Source: Candidatus Oxydemutatoraceae bacterium (lineage in GTDB: Bacteria; Pseudomonadota; Gammaproteobacteria; Poriferisulfidales; Oxydemutatoraceae). From it: a stretch of DNA of 64,000 bases. The notes beneath the pieces are model-generated. The model was not told the DNA's origin and ran no database searches. It worked only from the letters and a program-made list of their open reading frames with translations. Position numbers and translations under genes: made by a program. This document shows positions 56,301 through 64,000 of this stretch, piece after piece (the first letter of the stretch is position 1; the number at the start of each line of letters is the position of its first letter). Location: NCBI GenBank assembly GCA_965219575.1, contig OZ244779.1, positions 1,196,769-1,260,768 on the forward strand. Direction: 5' to 3'.

Positions 56301-59300
56301 GAGGTATTAGCATCGGTGGTTTGGTCGGCTTTAACGAAGGGTCTATAACCAACAGCTATGCAATGACAAATGTTGAAGGAAGTTTGGCGGGTAGTTTGGT
56401 GGGTCCGATGCCTACCGGCTCAATCACCGATAGTTATGCTATCGGTCGGGTGCAAGGAAGCGGCGGTGGTTTAGCTGCAACCAATGGAGGAGTCATCAGC
56501 GCAAGCTATTGGAACACCGAGACCGGCGGTTTACAAGGTCGTCATGGCAGCGGTCGAACTACGCAACAAATGCAATTGCCTACTGCGGCGATCGGGATAT
56601 ACGAAACGTGGGACGATGCCGATTGGGATTTCGGCAACAGCGTGCAGTATCCGATCCTCAAATACGCACCGGGACCCGACGGCGATGCGTGCAGTGTGTC
56701 GGGATTGCCGCAGTGCGGTGCGTTGATATCGCCGCGCCTGCGCTACGGTTTGCGTAGCTTGGCAACGGCGGGCGGTGTTGCCTTAGCTCCCGAGTTCGAT
56801 ATCGAAGTACAAAACCGAAGCGGTATTTATATCGGTAGTCTGCGCAGTACCGATAACACGATACGGTTGATTCCGACGACGATAGAACCGACTGCGGATA
56901 TTCGTTTCTATATCGGCGACGATGAGACCGCGTACGACACTATCCGAAGCGGCGAGACGAGTAAGGCAATTTCTTTGAAAGCAGTCGGTACGACACGTAT
57001 TCGCATCGAGGTACGAGGAACGGTAACCGTCGGTTATACGCTGTACATCGATCATCGAAACGCTGCCGGGTTCACGTCGATCAATTATCTGGAAGACTTG
57101 CGTGCGATACATCGGCATCCGAAAGGTGCTTATAAGTTGGCTAGGGACTTGGATTTTGAAGATAGCGAAAGTTATCTGGATCCGCTGAACAGGATTTTTT
57201 GGACGGTAGACGACTACGAGGATGCCGGCGATACAGGTTGGGTGCCCGTAGGCAGCGAGTCGATACCTTTCGCCGGTCGCTTCGACGGCAACGGTTATAC
57301 GATATCGGGTTTGCAGATCAATAGAGACGATGCCGACAATCAAAGTTTATTCGGTGTTGCGGCATCTAGTGCCGTTATAAGCAACATCGGCTTGTTGAAC
57401 CTAAAAATAGAGGGTGGCACCAAAGTTGCCGGACTGGTCGGCACCAACCGAGGGCAAGTCGGCTACAGCTATGTCGGTGGCAGTATTGAATCGGAAAGTA
57501 TCGAGGGCATAGCCGGCGGTTTGGTCGCAAACAACGACGGCGGAGACATTATCGGCAGTTATGCGCTAAGTCAAGTTTCCGGGATTGCATCGCTCGGTGG
57601 TCTGGTCGGAGATAACAACGGCAGGATTATCAATAGTCATGCCGATAGTATCGTGATGCCGAGTTCGGCAGGCTCGCGTTTCGGTGGTTTGGTGGGCAGT
57701 AATCGGAGTCTAATTGTCAATAGTTATGCAAGCGGTAAGATTTTGCAAGGAAGGAGTAGTTCTATTAAAGGAGGTCTGGTCGGCTGGAATGACTCACAAG
57801 CACGGATCATTAACGGTTATGCGGCGGTCGGTATTGCCGGTGCTTTAGCAGGCGGACTGGTTGGATATAACCTGGGTGCTATAAAAAATAGTTATGCGAT
57901 CGGTGAACTGAGCGGTGGCAGCGACACAAGAGGTAGTCTGGTCGGCATCAACGATGGCGGCACATTTGTCGCAAGCTACTGGAATAGCGATACCATCGCA
58001 AGCGGAGGCAACAACGGTATCGGGCAGACTTCGGCACAGCTTCAATCGCAGACCCCGACGATGCCGGCGAATAGCATTTATAAAGACTGGGATACCGGCG
58101 ATTGGGATTTCGGGACACCGCAACAATACCCGATACTCAAATATACCACTGCAACCGAAAGTGTTTTTGAGTGTGGTTCATCGGGAATGCCGCAATGTGG
58201 CGATTTAATATCACCGGGTTTTCGCTACGGCTTGCGTAGCTTGACATCGACGAACGATGCGACATTGTCTCCACCGATCGATATTGAAAGGCTCAACCAA
58301 AGCGGTATTTATTTAGGCACGGTGATCGCAGAACATCCGAGTGTACGCTTGACCCCGGTTGCAATCGAATCAACTGCGCGTATTCGCATTATAGGAGATA
58401 GACGAGAAACCCTAGATAGCAACAATACGAGTTTCCCGACTTTGCTGAAAAATGACGAAGTAAAAAAAGTGATTATCGAAGTAGCAGGCACACGGACGGT
58501 CGGATATACGCTTTATTTGAGCTACTCCGGTCATAGGGTCATCGATGAAGACGGCGACGGTCTCGTCGATATCGATTATCTGGAGGATTTGGATGCGATC
58601 CGCCATCGGTTGGACGGTAGCGGCTATAGAGCGAATGTCGAGGCGGTCAAGATCACATCGGGCTGTCCTAGGCAAGGATGTCGCGGTTATGAATTGTCGA
58701 GAGACTTGGACTTTAACGATGCCGACAGCTATCGCAACGCCGAAGAGAATATGGGTCGCTGGACGGGTTCAGGTGCTTGGCAACCTATAGCAGGAACCTT
58801 CACCGGCACATTCAAGGGCAATAATAAAACGATTGCCAATTTAAGGGTGAGGTCCAGCGGTGGTTTGTTTACTGCGATAGGTAGCGATAGTCGTGTTGCC
58901 TATATAGACGGTATCGGATTATTGGCGGTGGATATCAAAGGGGATACGGTTGCCGGGATTACCGCATCGTGTAAGCGGTGTACGATAAGCAATAGTTATG
59001 TGATAGGAAATATAGAGGGAACCGCCGCTGCCGCCGGTTTGGTAAATACTATTAGTGCAACGAGTGGCGGGAATGCACGAATTAGCAACAGTTATTTCGT
59101 CGGTGATATTGCCGTCAACGGTGAATCGGCGGTTGCCGGCGGTTTGGTCGGCGATGTAGATTCCGCTTTGAGCATCACCGACAGCTATGCGTTCGGTGAT
59201 GTTATCGGAAAGCAGAATAGCGGATTTATAGGCGGCTTGGTCGGGGTGCGTTCATCGTCTGTTATTGAAATCGGCAACAGCTATGCGGGTATTTCGGCAA

Positions 59301-62300
59301 CCAAAGCCGGTGTGCCGCAAGGCTTATTCGGCGGCAATAGGAATCCGAAAGACCAGCTTGCGCCGACTGTCTACACAATTTATTTAAACGAAGACATCGC
59401 CGCAACCAATGTGACTTTGGGAGAGAGTAAGCGCACCGCCGAACTTCAATCACCGACGAGTGCCACCGGCATCTATACGAGTTGGAGTAGCGATAGCTGG
59501 GATTTCGGCACTGCCGAGCACTATCCGGCGATCAAGTATAATTTGCGTGCCGACTCTACCGATGGTGATGCACATTGTGATGCGGCGGACATTCAAAAAC
59601 GTCCCGGTGCGTGTCGCACTTTGCTTCGTCATCAGGGCAGCCTGTTGCGAGACTTAAAATTATCCGAAGGCGCAGGTTTGTCTAGTCCTTTTGTGTATAC
59701 ATCGTTTGATTACGGTATATCGGTCAATGCCGATCTGAGTACCATTCGTATGTTGCCGACCGCATTTAATAGGGCAGCGACGATCGAGGTCTTTAAGGAT
59801 GACAACGCAATAGGAGAAACCGACGGTGGTGAATGGACGGTGCCGATACCGTTGAACGGCTTTGGCGATACGGTCGTCGGTTTGGTCGTAAAAAACGGCA
59901 AACGGCATTCGTACCGATATCGATTCGTCGTCAATCGACTCGACATCGTGGCTCAAAGCATAGACGAAGACGACGACGGATTAATAGATATTAGCAACGC
60001 AACACATTTGAATGCCATCCGTCACCGCCTGGACGGCAGTGCCTATCAACAAAGCGGAACCGCCGATGCGATCTATTGTTCCGGCGGCTGCACGGGGTAT
60101 GAATTGACCGCCGACATAGACCTTGCCGGGATTTCTTGGCAGCCCGTAGGTACTTTTAATAAACGGTTCAACGGTGTATTCAAAGGCAACGGCCATACGA
60201 TTTCCAATTTGACCATAAAGGCAGGCAATACCAATCAGGTAGGTTTATTCGGAGCAATCGGAAAGCATGGCAGAGTTGAGAATCTCGGTCTGGTGAATGT
60301 CGATATCATCGGACAGAGTAATGTCGGCACCGTCGTCGGCTACAACTTCGGTACGATCATCAATAGCTATGCAGCGGGTAAGCTCTTAGCTACGGTCAAC
60401 GACGGTGGTGGTTTGGTCGGTAGAAACAAAAGCGGCACGATCGTCAACAGCTATGCGAATGTTGGCGTACAAGTGAATAATGATCGCGCCGGCGGTTTGG
60501 TCGGTTGGAATGAAATAGGTGGCTCTATCGTTAATAGTTATGCAGTCGGTGATGTGCAGGCAAGTAATAGAATTGCCGGCGGTTTGGTCGGTAATAATAG
60601 TGCAAGAATTCACACGAGCTATGCAGTCGGTGATGTACGGGCAAGTAATGGCAGTGCCGGAGGTTTGGTAGCATCATCCATAGCCGAACATACGGTTGCC
60701 GATAGTTATTACAGAGAAAGTGCGGTTATCTCCGGGACCGATTCACTGATCGGCACCGATAAAACTATGATGGAACTTGAAGCCGGTGTGCCGTCGAATG
60801 ATATCTATACCGGGTGGGATAGAGCCGATTGGCACTTCGGTAATGCAAATCAATATCCGGTCTTGCTTTATGTGGCAGGCGACGATAAGAATAATCGTTC
60901 TTGCGCAACATCACCGACCGATATGAAATTACCGACCTGCGGAACCTTGCTACCCGAACAACGCACCGGGCTGGTTCAAATGGAACTTTCAAAGAGTGTC
61001 CGCTTGCTTCCGGCATTTAATCCCGAGATATACGACTATTATGTGGTCGTCGATTCGGATTATGAGTTTCGTACCACACCGACCACCTATTACGATACCG
61101 ACACGATTACCGTAGACGCAGCCGGTTCGAGTTTATCGACAAGTAGCGGGCAAGGCTTATTGTTCACTCCGGACGACAATTTAGACGGCATTGTAATTAC
61201 GGTGAGATCCGTAAATCGTAATGTGCCGACACGCTATACGATTAGAGTATTGCGCAATATTGCGGTAGCGGACGGTTTGATACTGATCGATTATCTGGAC
61301 GACTTGAACCTAATGCGTAATCCTTTAGAGCAGATATCCGCTGTCTTAAAGGACTGTCCTATAGATACCGTAGACAATGTGAGGCGATGCGGAGGCTATA
61401 AACTGACCGGAGATTTGGACTTTAACAACCCCGCCAGTTACCGTGCCGGTGTGATCAGCCCGATATGGACGATCGGTGCAGGTTGGCAACCGATAGGAGA
61501 CAGCAACAGTCCTTTCGGTGATTTATTCATCGGAGATTCATACACGATATCAAATCTTAGATATCGCGGTAATGCTTCCGGCGATGTCGGTTTATTCGGT
61601 ACTGTGGCGAAAAGTGCGAGAATTGAGAACATCGGCTTACTCGCCGTGGATATCGATGTTAGGAGTAGGAAAGATGCCGGTGCGTTGGTGGGTAGCAACC
61701 TAGGTGTAATCGTCAATAGCTATGTGATAGGGGGTTCGGTACGAAGTACTAAGAGTGCCGGTTTAATAGGCGGTCTAGTCGGTAGGAATCTAGGTGCAAT
61801 CGTCAATAGTTATGCGTATGTTGATGTGAGAGCCGATAGTGTCGGTGGTGGTTTGACCGGTAGTAGCGAATCGGGTTCGAGGATCTACAACAGTTATGCA
61901 AGCGGTACGGTTAGCGGACTGATTTATGCGGGCGGTTTAGTAGGAAGTGCAGCTGCCGATATTCGCAATAGCTATGCGAATAGTCGGGTTAGCGGAAATA
62001 TATATATAGGTGGTTTAGTCGGTAATAGTAACCGAGCGATTATCACCAATAGTTATGCCGTCGGTACCGTATCGGGTCCGCTTACCGGTGGATTAATGGG
62101 TCGAGGTGATAGCAGATTTAATATGAGTTATTGGGATACTGTCACGAGTGGCGTGCCGGACGACGGAGACGATGCTACCGGTATCGGCAAGACGACCTCG
62201 GAGCTTCAAACACCGGCGATCGGAGAGGGAATTTATCGCAACTGGAACAGCGACGATTGGTATTCCGAGGTCGGTCAATATCCGATTGTCAGATTTACCA

Positions 62301-64000
62301 GTGCGACCGATATAATCACTCGTCCGGCGTGCCGAACAACCGCAGATGCCGATAGCAAACTGCCGGTGTGTGGAACTTTGTTGCCGGTACAACGTCGCAT
62401 CGGTTTAAGAAGTTTGGCACTTTCAAATAACGCCGGTCAGGTTTTTCTATTGAGCCCCGACTTTCATTCCGGGGTATATCGTTACGAGTTGATAGTAAAA
62501 AGCGATGCGCGCGAGTTCAGTGTTATTCCGCATACATTTAACTCGGAAGCGATGATCGTGATCAGCGATAAAAGTGGAACCAAAAAACTACGGAGCGGTA
62601 ATACGCTTAGTATAATAATAGACAATCTCGACAATTCCTTGTTGACACTGATAGTAGATGAACCTCCGACATCTATGACTACGCAAACGACGACCTATCG
62701 TTTCGAAGTCATCAGACATCCCCTTATTACCGTCAACGATATAGACGAAGACGACGACGGTTTGATCGAGATTCGTAGCGTAGACGATTTGAATGTAATG
62801 CGTTATCAGCTGGACGGTAGCGGTTATAAGACGAGCCGCGACGATATCAAAATCACCGAAGGGTGTCCCGAGACCGGTTGTATAGGTTATGAATTGGCGC
62901 AAGATATAGATGTTAGCGACGCAATGCGTTTTGCCGACTGGCAGCCGATAGGATATATCGCACCGAGCGGCGATGCCGATGAATGTAATCATCCGAGTAA
63001 TCGGTGCTTTAGCGGGATATTCGACGGCAACAATCATACCATTTCAAATCTGCGCATCGATAAGAGCGATACCGACAATGTCGGTTTGTTTGCGGCATTA
63101 GCCGACGGTGCGCAGATCAGAAATGTTAATCTGGCGAATGTGTCGGTCGAGGGTCGCTTCGGTGTCGGAAGTCTGGTCGCCTATAATGCCGGGGAGATAG
63201 ACAACAGTTATGCCGATGCTATGGTGGTCGGAGAACATGATGTCGGGGGATTGGTTGCCTACAATGTCGGTCGGATTTCCGATAGTTATGCTTACGGTGC
63301 GGTATCGGGCGGTTCTTCGGTCGGCGGTTTGGTAGCTCGTAACAAAAACGATGGGGTGATTGCAAACAGCTACAGCTTGAATCGTGTATCGGGCAGTGAT
63401 AGTATCGGCGGGTTGGTCGGTTTGAATCTCGGTTCTATTGCGAACACTTATGCCAGCGGTGTTGTCGAGGGAAACACGCGCATCGGTGGTTTGGCCGGTG
63501 ACAACGGCGGTGCGGTCGGCAATAGTTATGCGACGGCGAATATCGTATGTACGGGCGTGCCTGTATGTGCTTCGTATACGATTGCTACGGGAGGGCTAAT
63601 CGGTCGCAATGTCGGTGGTCATGTAGCAAATAGCTATTGGGATACCGGTGTGAGTAAGCTACGAATATCGGCCGGCGGTGTCGGCAAGACTACCTTGCAA
63701 CTACAATCGGGCACAACTCAATCGTCGGATGCAAGCGGAGCGTATTACCGGTGGGGCGATAGCGACTGGCATTTCGGCAATGCATATCAATATCCTATTC
63801 TCAAATATACCGATAGCACCGAAAGCATGCTTGTCGGTTTGCAGTCTTATGGTTTGACAAGTTTGGCAATCGCAGAGGTTGTAAAGCTATCCCCGAACTT
63901 CGATACGACTAAATTGTATTATCGCGTCGGCGTAGAATTGGATACCGATATAAGGAAATTACATTTGATACCGGATGCATCGGATAAAGATGCAACCATT
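53333..64000 (+). CDS. Giant secreted adhesin-like protein 3 (3'-partial), tandem paralog of protein 2
   Basis: GTG at 53333 lies exactly 17687 bp after the ATG of gene 2 and gives MKPLPLSTIVVVIGFLQSVSA|QDVFECDYTTDIDQDKDGLIEL. It is collinear with gene 2 through seven modules up to the window end. It is absent from the ORF track, consistent with no stop before base 64000. Confidence 0.88.
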   Translation, partial: MKPLPLSTIVVVIGFLQSVSAQDVFECDYTTDIDQDKDGLIELCDLDALDAVRYQLDGSGYRESFDAVKITAGCPPSGCNGYELRKDLDFNADDSYRDLANKAAWTSGLGWLPIGTRLNFFTARFEGNGHTIANLYIDRPSDYVGLFRATSTPAKISDLILSQINIKGNSYVGGLAGHNAGSVAYVGVEGGRLIATGNTVGGLFGANAGTILNGDVMLERLESRGHSLGGLVGHNEGHVTYSVADTGLFGVSQVGGLVGLNARGVLTDSRSDGTANGSDYIGGLVGLNHARISASYAIGKVISEGSYSGGLVGANDRGGRIADSRASGTVSGNLYAGGLVGWNRDSEITNSFALNRVDGNSDVGGLVGWNEGGRISNTYSSGSVNGMHRVGGLVGSNKGIVSDSFANGRVVASGVNTGGLIGWNYAHQTRDATTVRVIHSYWNSNTVGISLSAGGSPRTTEQLQSPTAPGLLGETFERWDVADWDFGTDEQYPILKHSEGSNTGHLLSGQYIMLSGLLVLDGLTLSPAFDPQTFDYRVHLSDDNLRQIRFSPTIANSTQTISVLKDEKTGLPSVNNGETVTVDLNGVPEPTLVTIARHYRIRVVHQSALQVKIGSNRSDYRVSEGQDIVFDVSTSEPDLRRVRYRWSQVSPLQPDLLTDSDTGLAELNIDIPDDFVARDNDESPVVLRVEVRVDETTVVRNTTMTVVKTNNGGISTLAAPTYREGTLTVADISEADLSMEPDGGVDPSSLSYRWQYKLPSASASWHDIEDATQIHYQIPFVLSAIDNVGYRVWLDYDDNQGYYHRIVSEPRSAMRVVADDGFSDIYYLEDLNAIRNQPNGKYKLVRDLDFNSDASYRDPINKAKWTVADYGNDADTGWLPIGTIVNRFTGTFDGNGHTISNLQINRDTADYQGLFGAVGSAASLRNVGLSNARIEGKQNIGGLAGGNFGTIINSYANDSDMSATSIVGGLVGWNGIPARIINSYAGGDVGGISIGGLVGFNEGSITNSYAMTNVEGSLAGSLVGPMPTGSITDSYAIGRVQGSGGGLAATNGGVISASYWNTETGGLQGRHGSGRTTQQMQLPTAAIGIYETWDDADWDFGNSVQYPILKYAPGPDGDACSVSGLPQCGALISPRLRYGLRSLATAGGVALAPEFDIEVQNRSGIYIGSLRSTDNTIRLIPTTIEPTADIRFYIGDDETAYDTIRSGETSKAISLKAVGTTRIRIEVRGTVTVGYTLYIDHRNAAGFTSINYLEDLRAIHRHPKGAYKLARDLDFEDSESYLDPLNRIFWTVDDYEDAGDTGWVPVGSESIPFAGRFDGNGYTISGLQINRDDADNQSLFGVAASSAVISNIGLLNLKIEGGTKVAGLVGTNRGQVGYSYVGGSIESESIEGIAGGLVANNDGGDIIGSYALSQVSGIASLGGLVGDNNGRIINSHADSIVMPSSAGSRFGGLVGSNRSLIVNSYASGKILQGRSSSIKGGLVGWNDSQARIINGYAAVGIAGALAGGLVGYNLGAIKNSYAIGELSGGSDTRGSLVGINDGGTFVASYWNSDTIASGGNNGIGQTSAQLQSQTPTMPANSIYKDWDTGDWDFGTPQQYPILKYTTATESVFECGSSGMPQCGDLISPGFRYGLRSLTSTNDATLSPPIDIERLNQSGIYLGTVIAEHPSVRLTPVAIESTARIRIIGDRRETLDSNNTSFPTLLKNDEVKKVIIEVAGTRTVGYTLYLSYSGHRVIDEDGDGLVDIDYLEDLDAIRHRLDGSGYRANVEAVKITSGCPRQGCRGYELSRDLDFNDADSYRNAEENMGRWTGSGAWQPIAGTFTGTFKGNNKTIANLRVRSSGGLFTAIGSDSRVAYIDGIGLLAVDIKGDTVAGITASCKRCTISNSYVIGNIEGTAAAAGLVNTISATSGGNARISNSYFVGDIAVNGESAVAGGLVGDVDSALSITDSYAFGDVIGKQNSGFIGGLVGVRSSSVIEIGNSYAGISATKAGVPQGLFGGNRNPKDQLAPTVYTIYLNEDIAATNVTLGESKRTAELQSPTSATGIYTSWSSDSWDFGTAEHYPAIKYNLRADSTDGDAHCDAADIQKRPGACRTLLRHQGSLLRDLKLSEGAGLSSPFVYTSFDYGISVNADLSTIRMLPTAFNRAATIEVFKDDNAIGETDGGEWTVPIPLNGFGDTVVGLVVKNGKRHSYRYRFVVNRLDIVAQSIDEDDDGLIDISNATHLNAIRHRLDGSAYQQSGTADAIYCSGGCTGYELTADIDLAGISWQPVGTFNKRFNGVFKGNGHTISNLTIKAGNTNQVGLFGAIGKHGRVENLGLVNVDIIGQSNVGTVVGYNFGTIINSYAAGKLLATVNDGGGLVGRNKSGTIVNSYANVGVQVNNDRAGGLVGWNEIGGSIVNSYAVGDVQASNRIAGGLVGNNSARIHTSYAVGDVRASNGSAGGLVASSIAEHTVADSYYRESAVISGTDSLIGTDKTMMELEAGVPSNDIYTGWDRADWHFGNANQYPVLLYVAGDDKNNRSCATSPTDMKLPTCGTLLPEQRTGLVQMELSKSVRLLPAFNPEIYDYYVVVDSDYEFRTTPTTYYDTDTITVDAAGSSLSTSSGQGLLFTPDDNLDGIVITVRSVNRNVPTRYTIRVLRNIAVADGLILIDYLDDLNLMRNPLEQISAVLKDCPIDTVDNVRRCGGYKLTGDLDFNNPASYRAGVISPIWTIGAGWQPIGDSNSPFGDLFIGDSYTISNLRYRGNASGDVGLFGTVAKSARIENIGLLAVDIDVRSRKDAGALVGSNLGVIVNSYVIGGSVRSTKSAGLIGGLVGRNLGAIVNSYAYVDVRADSVGGGLTGSSESGSRIYNSYASGTVSGLIYAGGLVGSAAADIRNSYANSRVSGNIYIGGLVGNSNRAIITNSYAVGTVSGPLTGGLMGRGDSRFNMSYWDTVTSGVPDDGDDATGIGKTTSELQTPAIGEGIYRNWNSDDWYSEVGQYPIVRFTSATDIITRPACRTTADADSKLPVCGTLLPVQRRIGLRSLALSNNAGQVFLLSPDFHSGVYRYELIVKSDAREFSVIPHTFNSEAMIVISDKSGTKKLRSGNTLSIIIDNLDNSLLTLIVDEPPTSMTTQTTTYRFEVIRHPLITVNDIDEDDDGLIEIRSVDDLNVMRYQLDGSGYKTSRDDIKITEGCPETGCIGYELAQDIDVSDAMRFADWQPIGYIAPSGDADECNHPSNRCFSGIFDGNNHTISNLRIDKSDTDNVGLFAALADGAQIRNVNLANVSVEGRFGVGSLVAYNAGEIDNSYADAMVVGEHDVGGLVAYNVGRISDSYAYGAVSGGSSVGGLVARNKNDGVIANSYSLNRVSGSDSIGGLVGLNLGSIANTYASGVVEGNTRIGGLAGDNGGAVGNSYATANIVCTGVPVCASYTIATGGLIGRNVGGHVANSYWDTGVSKLRISAGGVGKTTLQLQSGTTQSSDASGAYYRWGDSDWHFGNAYQYPILKYTDSTESMLVGLQSYGLTSLAIAEVVKLSPNFDTTKLYYRVGVELDTDIRKLHLIPDASDKDATI
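53699..55858 (+). repeat. Second copy of the ~2.16-kb identical segment (see 36012-38171)
   Basis: Direct comparison at offset 17687. Confidence 0.9.

Noticed and set aside
35646-64000. Diversity-generating retroelement (template/variable repeat pair) explaining paralog divergence
   Set aside because: There is no reverse transcriptase in the window. The differences include indels and all base types over kilobases, not adenine-specific changes in a ~100-bp repeat.

Overview
Bacterial chromosomal segment, probably gammaproteobacterial judging from hfq and gloB (inference). About 50 kb of the 64 kb encodes three paralogous giant secreted proteins on the + strand: giant 1 (<1-22173, >7385 aa, 5'-truncated), giant 2 (35646-52964, 5772 aa) and giant 3 (53333->64000, runs off the window and is missing from the ORF track). 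All three are built from one repeated module: a DxDxDG acidic loop with a Cys pair, a GLUG-type GGLVG repeat solenoid, a WDFG..QYP cap and a cadherin-like or Ig-like domain. The two complete C-termini share a 15-residue motif, IxIxx[KR]VFxEGxLx-stop. Giant 1 carries about 36 extra cadherin-like domains (a stalk, including an 11 x 315 bp tandem array) immediately before that motif. Between giants 1 and 2 lie an alpha/beta hydrolase, an NDUFA9-like SDR, a REP/MITE-like intergenic mosaic, a GT25 glycosyltransferase, a tightly coupled 9-gene type IV filament operon (liposecretin, ATPase, platform protein, three prepilins including a TcpB/CofB/PilV-like tip pilin), hfq and gloB. Main hypothesis: this type IVb-like pilus system exports or displays the giant GLUG adhesins via a conserved terminal peptide. 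The genes also show shared upstream regulation (22-bp direct repeats, a leader ORF and a hairpin) and diversification by gene conversion. All family assignments were made by eye from motifs; no database searches were run.
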